DNA from: Verrucomicrobiota bacterium
Lineage (GTDB): Bacteria; Verrucomicrobiota; Verrucomicrobiia; Limisphaerales; AAA164-E04
Reading direction: 5' to 3'
Assembly: GCA_047947115.1 (NCBI GenBank)
Contig: CP170459.1
Location: 3,776,001 to 3,840,000, forward strand
Length of the DNA stretch: 64,000 nt
Part shown: positions 28,516 to 37,011 of the stretch, one piece after another
Layout of the letters: every line of letters starts with the position of its first letter
Numbering within the stretch: position 1 is the first letter of the stretch
The notes under the pieces: generated by a model
Database searches by the model: none
Told to the model about the DNA's origin: nothing
The model's input: the letters and a program-made list of their open reading frames with translations, nothing else
Position numbers and translations under genes: made by a program

Positions 28516-29998
28516 CAGCCCGTTAAAAAAGTCACAATTCTTCACGAAAAGATTCGTGATTGATCACATGATCAAGTAAAGTATTTGCCATGGCACTTGG
28601 CAAACGGAAAACGAAACAGCAAGAACTGTTCATTGCCTCCAATCAGATTCCCAAAACGCCGGCTCACCCGTTTTATTCCAAACTCAATCAGGTTTTTGAT
28701 GAGTGCGGATTTGATGCTTATGTCGAAGAGTTGTGCGCCCCGTTTTACAAGAATTTTGGTAGGCCAGGCATTGCGCCCGGTATTTATTTCCGGATGATTT
28801 TCATCGGATACTTTGAAGGGCTCAACAGTCAACGTGGTATCGCATGGAGATGTCATGATAGCCTTTGCCTGCGTGAATTTCTCGGCATCAGTTTGACAGA
28901 GAAAACTCCTGTTCACGCATCGATGACAATTATCCGTCAACGCTTGTCCGATGAAGTGTTTCACAAGGTTTTCCTTTTTGTCCTTGAACAACTCAAAGAG
29001 AAAAAGCTTTTGAAGGGAAAAACTCTTGGTGTTGATGCCACTACCCTGGAAGCCAATGCAGCCATGCGTAGCATCGTGCGCAAAGGGACGGGTGAGGATT
29101 GGAAAGAATACCTTCGTGAACTGGCCAAAGAAGAAGGCATTGAAAATCCGAGTGATGAAGACATTCAGCGCATCGACCGAGGGCGCAAGGGGAAGAAAGT
29201 TTCCAACAAAGAATGGCAAAGCAAGTCAGATCCGGACAGCCGCATTACCAAGATGAAAGATGGGCGCACACATCTTGCATATAAGGCTGAACATTCGGTG
29301 GACTTGGAAACCGAGGCAATTGTTTCTTGTCATGTCACACATGCAGATCAAGGCGATACAACCACGGGGCCTGAGAGCCTCATCTTGGCTGAAGCCAATC
29401 TACAATTAATCGAATCAGAAAGGACCGTTGAAGAGGCGGTGATGGACAAGGGATATCACAGCAACGCATTGTTGGAACGGCTCACGCAGTGGGGTATCCG
29501 CACATACATACCAGAGAAGAAGCAAAAGAAGCGTAAGTGGGTGGACAAGCCGGAAAGCTACGAACACGCATTCCGTGGTAATCGACGAAGAGTTCGGAGT
29601 GTCAAGGGTAAGCGACTGAGTCGAAAACGAAGCGAACTTGTGGAGCGAACATTTGCTCATGTGTGCGAAACAGGAGCTGGACGTCGAACCTGGCTCCAGG
29701 GAATGGAAAATGTCACCAAGATTCACACACTGAAGTGCGCAGCATTCAACCTCGGATTGCTGATGCGGAAAATCTTTGGCCTCGCCAAGCCAAGAAACTG
29801 GGAAGCGAGCCTCGCTACCGCTTTGACGGCTGCTTTTGTCATAATTTTTGGCGAATGGATGACTCAGGGGGCGATAAATATGGCTCCCGCCGTCCTTTTA
29901 CTGATTTCCACCATTTTATTATGCAGCTTGATGAAATCGAAGCCGGACGAGATTCGGATCATTCGGTTTTTCGAAATTGGCACTTATTAAACGGGCTG
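28516..29998 (+). mobile_element. Insertion sequence, IS1182 family (1483 bp) with TIRs and a 4-bp target duplication
   Basis: Left end CAGCCCGTTAAAAAAGT; right end (revcomp) CAGCCCGTTTAATAAGT; TTAT direct repeats at 28512-28515 and 29999-30002. Confidence 0.88.
28590..29990 (+). CDS. DDE transposase, IS1182 family
   Basis: GRPGIAPGIYFRM...SQRGIAWRCHDSL, GVDATTLEANA, SDPDSRITKMKDGRTHLAYK, VMDKGY, RKRSELVERTFAH; stop codon lies inside the right TIR. Confidence 0.92.
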   Translation: MALGKRKTKQQELFIASNQIPKTPAHPFYSKLNQVFDECGFDAYVEELCAPFYKNFGRPGIAPGIYFRMIFIGYFEGLNSQRGIAWRCHDSLCLREFLGISLTEKTPVHASMTIIRQRLSDEVFHKVFLFVLEQLKEKKLLKGKTLGVDATTLEANAAMRSIVRKGTGEDWKEYLRELAKEEGIENPSDEDIQRIDRGRKGKKVSNKEWQSKSDPDSRITKMKDGRTHLAYKAEHSVDLETEAIVSCHVTHADQGDTTTGPESLILAEANLQLIESERTVEEAVMDKGYHSNALLERLTQWGIRTYIPEKKQKKRKWVDKPESYEHAFRGNRRRVRSVKGKRLSRKRSELVERTFAHVCETGAGRRTWLQGMENVTKIHTLKCAAFNLGLLMRKIFGLAKPRNWEASLATALTAAFVIIFGEWMTQGAINMAPAVLLLISTILLCSLMKSKPDEIRIIRFFEIGTY

Positions 29999-30047
29999 TT
30001 ATCAGGTATTAAACAATCAAAAAACATCAACGAAGCAAAAGTTGCCC

Positions 30048-30743
30048 ATGTCTCAACCTTCTCTTTATCAAAAACTCAAGGAATCTCCATTGGCAGTTCG
30101 TGGTGTGCCGTTCATTCTGTTTCTCATCCTGACGTCGGGACAGGGGCAGTTCGGAGATGCTTCCGCTTACTGGCTTTATCTGATCAAAACCATTGTCGGC
30201 ATGGGTTTGATTGCCTGGATGTGGCCCCTGGTCCGGGAGATGCGTTGGAATGTCAGTTGGGAAGCGGTCGTGGTCGGGGTGGGGGTGTGTATCCTGTGGG
30301 TGGGGCTGGATCCCTTCTTTCCACATTTAAGCGATTTTGGGGATCAGGAAGACAATGTTGATTTTGTCTGGAACCCTCATGCGTTTTTTGGCGAACACTC
30401 CACATTGGCCTGGGTGTTTATCGTTGTTCGCATTTTTGGTATGTCAGTCGTGGTGCCTCCTCTTGAAGAAGTCTTTTATCGTTCGACCGTCTATCGTTTT
30501 ATCATACGTCCAGATTTTGAACAGGCGCCTGTGGGGCAGCTTCATTTGAAAGCGTTGATAGCCACTTCACTTCTTTTTGGCTTGGCGCATAACGAGTGGC
30601 TTTCAGGGATTCTTTGTGGATTGTTGTATCAATGGCTCGTGATTCGAAAACAACGGCTCGGAGATGCCATCACCGCCCATGCCATCACGAATTTCCTCTT
30701 GGGAATGTATGTCGTCGTTCGTGGCGCCTGGCAATTCTTCTGA
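30048..30743 (+). CDS. CPBP intramembrane metalloprotease (CAAX prenyl protease-related)
   Basis: PPLEEVFYR, LFGLAH, AITAHAITN motifs; multi-TM. Confidence 0.9.
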   Translation: MSQPSLYQKLKESPLAVRGVPFILFLILTSGQGQFGDASAYWLYLIKTIVGMGLIAWMWPLVREMRWNVSWEAVVVGVGVCILWVGLDPFFPHLSDFGDQEDNVDFVWNPHAFFGEHSTLAWVFIVVRIFGMSVVVPPLEEVFYRSTVYRFIIRPDFEQAPVGQLHLKALIATSLLFGLAHNEWLSGILCGLLYQWLVIRKQRLGDAITAHAITNFLLGMYVVVRGAWQFF

Positions 30744-30842
30744 ATCGTCCGGTTGTTTTTAAGCAATTGACCGGTGTAATCCATGCTCGACAAGTCCGGC
30801 GGTTGTGCTTCATAATGTCTGCTCCAATCAGAAATCAATAAC

Positions 30843-32192
30843 ATGAGTCATCCATCCAAAAATCAGTCGGGTTCGGAGAAAACTTCGAGCCGTAATGATC
30901 AGCAGGTGAAATCCACCCGCAGACGCTTTATTCAATCTTCCTCGACTGCCATGGCAGCCGGGATTGTGGTTCCCCAGTTCATCGTCAAAGAGAAAGGATT
31001 TGCCGCCAATGACGATACCATTCGAGTTGGTTTGATCGGTTGTGGCGGGCGTGGTACCGGAGCAGCCAGTCAGGCGATGAAGGCCGATTCCAACGTGATG
31101 CTGACCGCGATGGGCGACATGTATCCTGACCGGCTGGACGTCAGTTATAATGCGTTGAAAAAGGCTGCCGAGGATAAAATTCAGGTGACACCCGACAATA
31201 AATTTACAGGGTTTGACGCCTACAAAAAGGTGTTGGAAAGCGGAGTGGACCTCGTCATTCTGGCAACACCTCCCGGATTCCGTCCGATGCATTTGAGAGC
31301 TGCAGTGGATGCCGGCAAGCACATTTTCTGTGAAAAACCCATGGCAACCGACGCCCCCGGACTTCGGTCTGTCATTGCTTCAGCGACAGACGCCAAAGCC
31401 AAGAAGCTTGCTCTGGTGGCCGGCTACTGCTGGCGATACAATTACGCTCGACGCGAACTGTACGACAAGATTCACAATGGCGCCATTGGTGATGTCCGAT
31501 CCATTTACGCAACGTATTACACCGGACCAGTGAAGCCCATGCCTGCGGATGATACCCGTGCAGCAGGGATGTCTGATTTGGATTGGCAGGTGCGCAACTG
31601 GTACAATTTTACCTGGCTCAGCGGAGACAGTCTGGTTGAGCAGGCGATTCACAGTGTGGATAAAATCGCCTGGTGCATGAAAGACGAACCCCCGGTCAAG
31701 GCAGTTGCCACAGGCGGACGTCAAATCCCCAATAATAGTGGAAATATCTTTGATCATTTTGCGGTTTACTACGAATACGCCAACGGATTGCGCGCTTATT
31801 TGGGAAGCCGTCAGATTGCCGGTTGTCACAATGAAAACAATGATTACATTCATGGCGCCAAAGGAATAGGTGAGATCCTCGGGTGGTCGCGCGTTCAGAT
31901 CCGTGGTGAAGAAAACTGGCGTTATCAAGGTAAAAACAATGACATGTATCAAACCGAGCACGATGAATTGTTTGAATCCATCCGAAAAGGCAACCCGATC
32001 AACGACGGCGAATGGATGACCAGCAGTACCATGATGGGATTGATGGGGCGCATGGCGGCCTATACGGGCAAGGAGATTACTTGGGAACAGGCGATGAATT
32101 CGCAGGAAAAACTGGTGCCTGACTTCTTCGAACCCAACATGGAACTTCCCATCCGGCCGATGTCCCTGCCGGGCGTGACGCCTTTCGTTTAG
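30843..32192 (+). CDS. Tat-exported Gfo/Idh/MocA oxidoreductase
   Basis: TRRRFIQ Tat motif; VGLIGCGGRGTGA; HIFCEKPMA; EQAIHSVD. Confidence 0.93.
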   Translation: MSHPSKNQSGSEKTSSRNDQQVKSTRRRFIQSSSTAMAAGIVVPQFIVKEKGFAANDDTIRVGLIGCGGRGTGAASQAMKADSNVMLTAMGDMYPDRLDVSYNALKKAAEDKIQVTPDNKFTGFDAYKKVLESGVDLVILATPPGFRPMHLRAAVDAGKHIFCEKPMATDAPGLRSVIASATDAKAKKLALVAGYCWRYNYARRELYDKIHNGAIGDVRSIYATYYTGPVKPMPADDTRAAGMSDLDWQVRNWYNFTWLSGDSLVEQAIHSVDKIAWCMKDEPPVKAVATGGRQIPNNSGNIFDHFAVYYEYANGLRAYLGSRQIAGCHNENNDYIHGAKGIGEILGWSRVQIRGEENWRYQGKNNDMYQTEHDELFESIRKGNPINDGEWMTSSTMMGLMGRMAAYTGKEITWEQAMNSQEKLVPDFFEPNMELPIRPMSLPGVTPFV

Positions 32193-32227
32193 TCGAGTCA
32201 GTTGATGGTTTTAGAAAGTTCATCCTT

Positions 32228-33169
32228 ATGAAATTGAATGCACCTTTTGATCGACGCTCGTTCCTGTCCGTATCCTCTAGGGCGATGGCAGGTTCGTTTG
32301 TTGCCGGATTATCCGGATTTCCATTTTTGAAACTCAAAGCCGATCACCATCTGGCTGGGGAGAAGCGGATCTATAAATCCGTCAAGATGGGCATGTTCAA
32401 CGAAAACATTCCGTTGATTGAAAAGTTCAGGCTCATGAAGGAAATGGGCTTCGACGGAGCGGAACTCAACAGTCCGGGCGGTGTCAATAAGGAAGAAGCT
32501 CTCAAAGCAAGCCGGGAGTTGAACTTCCCTATTCACGGAGTAGTGGATTCCATTCACTGGGGAACACGCCTTTCCGATCCGGACCCCGAGGTCAGGGAAA
32601 AAGGATTGCAGGGCCTGTTGACTGCCATTCGCGATTCTCATTATGTGGGAGGCAACGCGGTGTTGCTGGTACCCGGTGCGGCACGTGATCCGGAGAAGGA
32701 GTCTCATGGTCATGTATGGACCCGTTCCATTGAGCAGATTCGCAAGGCTCTGCCTACAGCTTCCAAGTTGGGGATTCGGATTCTGATCGAAAATGTGTGG
32801 AACAATTTTCTTTACGATCCGAAAGGAGACAACAACCAGTCTGCTTATTTGTTGGCGGCCTATATTGACGAAATCAACAGTCCCTGGGTTGGTTCTTACT
32901 TCGATATTGGAAATCACCAACGATTTGGAAAACCCGCTGAGTGGATTCGCACATTGGGCTCCCGTATCGCAAAACTGGATGTCAAAGACTGGGGAGTTTC
33001 CAATGGTTTCTGCAAAATCGGAGACGGAGACGTGGATTGGGCTGATGTGAGAGCTGCCTTGCATGAAATCGGTTACACCGGTTGGGCAACGGCTGAAGTC
33101 TCTGGTGGCGATCGTCATCGTATTAAAGAAGTCGGAGAACGCATGGATACCTACCTGCTGGGGCTCTGA
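32228..33169 (+). CDS. Tat-exported sugar phosphate isomerase/epimerase (AP endonuclease 2 TIM barrel)
   Basis: DRRSFL Tat motif; ILIENVWN, YFDIGNH, LDVKD, IGDGDVDW, ATAEV. Confidence 0.92.
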   Translation: MKLNAPFDRRSFLSVSSRAMAGSFVAGLSGFPFLKLKADHHLAGEKRIYKSVKMGMFNENIPLIEKFRLMKEMGFDGAELNSPGGVNKEEALKASRELNFPIHGVVDSIHWGTRLSDPDPEVREKGLQGLLTAIRDSHYVGGNAVLLVPGAARDPEKESHGHVWTRSIEQIRKALPTASKLGIRILIENVWNNFLYDPKGDNNQSAYLLAAYIDEINSPWVGSYFDIGNHQRFGKPAEWIRTLGSRIAKLDVKDWGVSNGFCKIGDGDVDWADVRAALHEIGYTGWATAEVSGGDRHRIKEVGERMDTYLLGL

Positions 33170-33202
33170 TTTGGAAATGAATTCACCCAAAAATTAAATA
33201 TC

Positions 33203-33238
33203 TGAGAATGCCGGCGAAAAGTCGGCATTCTCATTTTT
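33203..33238 (+). terminator. Rho-independent terminator
   Basis: TGAGAATGCCGGC-GAAAA-GTCGGCATTCTCA-TTTTT after the epimerase gene. Confidence 0.8.
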
Positions 33239-33427
33239 CTCCCCAGCCCCTTCTGTGAAGGTATGCCCCCCGAATGCCCGGAACGTTCGGTTTGTCATGT
33301 AAGATGGTGGTTCTTCGGATTGTGGCAGACGAACGGCACTTCAAGATTCAAAGGCGGGATGGTTCCGGGTTTTATACTGATTGCCAAAAGTATTTGCGCA
33401 TAAGGGGTTCGCTGATGCTTCTTATCC

Positions 33428-33478
33428 TCACGCCCTCCCGCATTCGCGGGATAGAGACGCAGTGACGCAGAGTTTTTT
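33428..33478 (+). repeat. Solo copy of the GxxExxY-flanking repeat
   Basis: TCACGCCC-TCCCGC-ATTC-GCGGGA-TAGAGACGCAGTGACGCAGAGTTTTTT. Confidence 0.85.
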
Positions 33479-33566
33479 CTGAAATTACTTTTGGCAAACG
33501 TTATAAGTGCGGCATGGATTTAAGTCCGTATTTGCATCATGAATCAAATACAGTGATGATCAGGTC

Positions 33567-35468
33567 ATGAAAGTGACAGTGATCTTTTGGTGTGCGGTTT
33601 TCACTGCGAGTCTGCTTCAGTCAGGTGAGATACTTCGCTCTCCCAATGGGCACCTTGAGTTGTCCTTCGCATTGAAGGATGTGGAAGGGGAAAACGCTTG
33701 CCCTGTTTATCGTGTCTCCTATCAGGGCAAGCTGATCCTGGCTGATTCCAGACTTGGGTTAAGCGTAACAGACGGTCCGAACCTGGAGAACGGATTCGAA
33801 CTTCAAAATCGTCAATTGGATCGTCACGACAGCTATTGGACTCCGATCTACGGTGAACGAAGCGTGGTGCGGGATCATTACAATCAGTTGACCGTGACCT
33901 TGTCACGTGGTGGCAATCAAGCAAATGCCATTGACCTGGTTTTCCGTTGTTATGATGAAGGAGTGGCATTCCGTTACGAGATCCCCAAGCAAAATGATTC
34001 CACAAAACGACATGTTGTCAGTGAATTGACAGAATTCTCATTCACCCAGGATCATCCCGCCTGGTGTGTCAACTCGGCCCAGGGAGTTTATTCCCAAAAG
34101 AGCATCGACTCGATGGGAAGCGGAGTGGAGAGGCCTTTGGTGATTGAAGTGAATGATCACTCATTTGTCGCCATTGCCGAAGCTGGTTTGGTCGACTATG
34201 CACGAATGAAATTGCGCGCTTCCAACAAACGCGCCCACACAATCCAAAGTGAGTTATCCAGTGACGTAAGGTATTCCTTACCATTGAAGACGCCCTGGCG
34301 TGTGTTGATGGTTGGAGATGGTCCGGGCGCTTTGCTGGAGAACAACGATCTGATTCTGAATCTCAACGAAGCAAATGCCATTGAAGATCCCTCCTGGATC
34401 AAGCCGGGAAAGGTGATCCGAGAAGTTACCTTGACCACTCAAGGCGGCAAGGCATGTGTCGATTTTGCCGCCAAAAACAAACTGCAGTATGTGGAATTTG
34501 ATGCGGGATGGTATGGAAACGAATACGATGATACATCCGATGCCACCACTGTGACGGTGGATCCAAAACGCTCACCCGGACCCTTGGATTTGCCTGATGT
34601 CATTCAATACGCCAATGAAAGAGGAATAGGTATCCTGCTTTATGTCAACCGGCGCGCTTTGGAACGCCAGTTGGATGAGCTCCTTCCGCTTTATCAACAA
34701 TGGGGTGTGAAAGGATTGAAATACGGATTCGTCAATGTTGGATCTCAAACGCATACCAGTTGGTTGCATGAGGCTATTCGCAAGGCTGCAGCCCATCAAT
34801 TAATGGTGGATGTTCATGATGAATATCGTCCGACCGGGTATAGCCGAACCTATCCGAATTTCATGACTCAGGAAGGGATAGGTGGCGATGAAACGGCACC
34901 AGCCAATGAGCAGACCTTGACCATACTGTTTACCCGTATGTTGGCAGGTGCAGGGGACAATACGATTTGTTATTATGACGATCGAGTGGATCGAAATGCG
35001 TCGCATGCCTATCAACTGGCCAAAGCGGTATGTTTTTACAGCCCTTGGCAATTTTTATATTGGTATGACCGACCGGAAGGATCGCCCCGACGAAAAGGTG
35101 GGGCAGGGGGACAGAAAGGAGTCATCGGGGACGAGCCGGAGTTGGAGTTTTACAAGAACGTGCCAACGGTTTGGGATGATACCAAAGTATTGCAGGGGAG
35201 TATCGGCCAATATGCGGTCATGGCCCGGCGCAGCGGATCCGAGTGGTTCATTGGGTGCATGAACAGCGGAGAAGGACGAACGTTTGACATTGCCCTGGAT
35301 TTTCTAAATCCAGAAAGGGAATACCTGGCTCATGTTTATTCCGATGATGAACAAATTCAAACACGCACACGTGTTCGCATCGATCGGTTGGAAGTGAACG
35401 CAACTACCGTGCTTACAATGCAAATCGGGAAACAGGGAGGTCAAGCTGTCCACATTATGCCTAAATGA
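33567..35468 (+). CDS. Glycoside hydrolase family 97
   Basis: SPNGHLEL, FRCYDEGVAFRY, LKTPWRVL, SWIKPGK, GVKGLKYGF, MVDVHD...PTGYSRTYPN, FTRMLAG, VPTVWDDT. Confidence 0.92.
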   Translation: MKVTVIFWCAVFTASLLQSGEILRSPNGHLELSFALKDVEGENACPVYRVSYQGKLILADSRLGLSVTDGPNLENGFELQNRQLDRHDSYWTPIYGERSVVRDHYNQLTVTLSRGGNQANAIDLVFRCYDEGVAFRYEIPKQNDSTKRHVVSELTEFSFTQDHPAWCVNSAQGVYSQKSIDSMGSGVERPLVIEVNDHSFVAIAEAGLVDYARMKLRASNKRAHTIQSELSSDVRYSLPLKTPWRVLMVGDGPGALLENNDLILNLNEANAIEDPSWIKPGKVIREVTLTTQGGKACVDFAAKNKLQYVEFDAGWYGNEYDDTSDATTVTVDPKRSPGPLDLPDVIQYANERGIGILLYVNRRALERQLDELLPLYQQWGVKGLKYGFVNVGSQTHTSWLHEAIRKAAAHQLMVDVHDEYRPTGYSRTYPNFMTQEGIGGDETAPANEQTLTILFTRMLAGAGDNTICYYDDRVDRNASHAYQLAKAVCFYSPWQFLYWYDRPEGSPRRKGGAGGQKGVIGDEPELEFYKNVPTVWDDTKVLQGSIGQYAVMARRSGSEWFIGCMNSGEGRTFDIALDFLNPEREYLAHVYSDDEQIQTRTRVRIDRLEVNATTVLTMQIGKQGGQAVHIMPK

Positions 35469-35527
35469 CAAATCCATCATAGATTCCGACTTGTGCTGCC
35501 AGATTTAAGTGTTACCCATAAAATTCA

Positions 35528-36265
35528 ATGTTGAACGATTCAAGTCAAACAACTGGGTGGACCATTCAAAAACGTCCTGCCGCTGAACGTGGTCGCGCAG
35601 AACATGGTTGGTTGCATGCACGATTTACCTTCTCCTTTGCGGAATATTTCGATCGCAATCACATGGGATTTCGTTCACTGCGGGTGATGAACAATGACAT
35701 CATTGAACCGAAGGGGGGATTTCCAACCCATCCCCACAAGGATGCGGAAATTTTTACATACGTGATTTCCGGACAACTGGAGCATCGGGACAGTATGGGC
35801 AACGGGTCCATCATTACCCCCGGCAACCTGCAATACATGAGCGCGGGTTCCGGAGTGAGACACAGCGAGTTCAATCCCTCAGAGGATTCCCAAACTGAAT
35901 TGTATCAGATCTGGCTGCTCCCCAACCAATCAGGTGGAACTCCGCTTTATGCCGAGAAGCAATTGGGGGGTTCCGCCATTGAAGACGGCTTGACGTTGCT
36001 CTTTTCGGGAGGCAATAAACCCGGTATTACACACATACGACAAGATGCCGAGATCTTCTTTGGCAAACTTTCTGCAGAAAAGAGCCTGACGGTATCAGCG
36101 GATGAACAACATCCTCATGCCTGGTTGCAGTTGATTTCCGGTCAGGTGAACTTGTTGGGCGAAACGCTTGATAAATCTGATGGTCTCGCCATCAGCGATC
36201 ATCCAGATAGTTTTGAAGTATCCGCCACATCTGATTCCAAGTTTTTGTTGTTCCGATTGGAATGA
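35528..36265 (+). CDS. Pirin-family protein (YhhW-like)
   Basis: GWLHARFTFSFAEY, GFPTHPHKDAEI, LEHRDSMGN, MSAGSGVRHSEFN, LYQIW. Confidence 0.93.
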   Translation: MLNDSSQTTGWTIQKRPAAERGRAEHGWLHARFTFSFAEYFDRNHMGFRSLRVMNNDIIEPKGGFPTHPHKDAEIFTYVISGQLEHRDSMGNGSIITPGNLQYMSAGSGVRHSEFNPSEDSQTELYQIWLLPNQSGGTPLYAEKQLGGSAIEDGLTLLFSGGNKPGITHIRQDAEIFFGKLSAEKSLTVSADEQHPHAWLQLISGQVNLLGETLDKSDGLAISDHPDSFEVSATSDSKFLLFRLE

Positions 36266-36355
36266 TCATACAAGTTTCGTCACAAGAAATCTCTGTCAGC
36301 CAGATTTTGGAGACGTGATCCAGAACATTTTAACGCATCAAACCATACGATAAAC

Positions 36356-36880
36356 ATGAAAATACTCGCCTTTGGAGCCAGCACCAGTTCGGAGTCCATC
36401 AATCGACAACTCGCCAACTTTGCAGCCAACCAGATCCAAAACGCTCAAGTCACCGACCTGGATTTACGTTCGCTCAGCTTACCCTTGTATAGTTCAGATG
36501 AAGAACAGGCCAACGGGATACCTGACGACGCCCGGCGCCTGTTCGAGTTGATTGGTGACCATGACGCTGTGGTCATATCACTCGCCGAACACAACGGGTC
36601 ATACGCGGCAGCTTTTAAGAATCTTTACGATTGGGCATCTCGTGTGGAGCAAAAACTGTGGCAAGGAAAACCGATGCTATTGCTTTCCACATCCCCCGGT
36701 CCTCGCGGGGGTGCCACCGTGATGGAGGCGGCCAAAGCGACATTCCCCAGAATGGGAGCCGATCTGCGTGCCAGCTTCAGCCTGCCATCCTTTTACGACA
36801 ATTTTGACGTAAACCAAGGTGTGCTCAATGCGGACCTTGCTGCGCAACTCCAAAGCGCTATTGCCGCCATGGACACATGA
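36356..36880 (+). CDS. NADPH-dependent FMN reductase
   Basis: ILAFGASTSSESINRQL, AEHNGSYAAAFKNLYDWASR, STSPGPRGG. Confidence 0.9.
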   Translation: MKILAFGASTSSESINRQLANFAANQIQNAQVTDLDLRSLSLPLYSSDEEQANGIPDDARRLFELIGDHDAVVISLAEHNGSYAAAFKNLYDWASRVEQKLWQGKPMLLLSTSPGPRGGATVMEAAKATFPRMGADLRASFSLPSFYDNFDVNQGVLNADLAAQLQSAIAAMDT

Positions 36881-37011
36881 AATTTCAGTAGATGCAAGGA
36901 AGGGGATCGATCCCGCCGCTACTTTATTCCCTCGGTATTGTTCAGCAATGGTTTGGTAAGGGTGACTACGAGGAGAAAGTGGGCACGTGGAGAAACGCGT
37001 CCCTTCAATGC

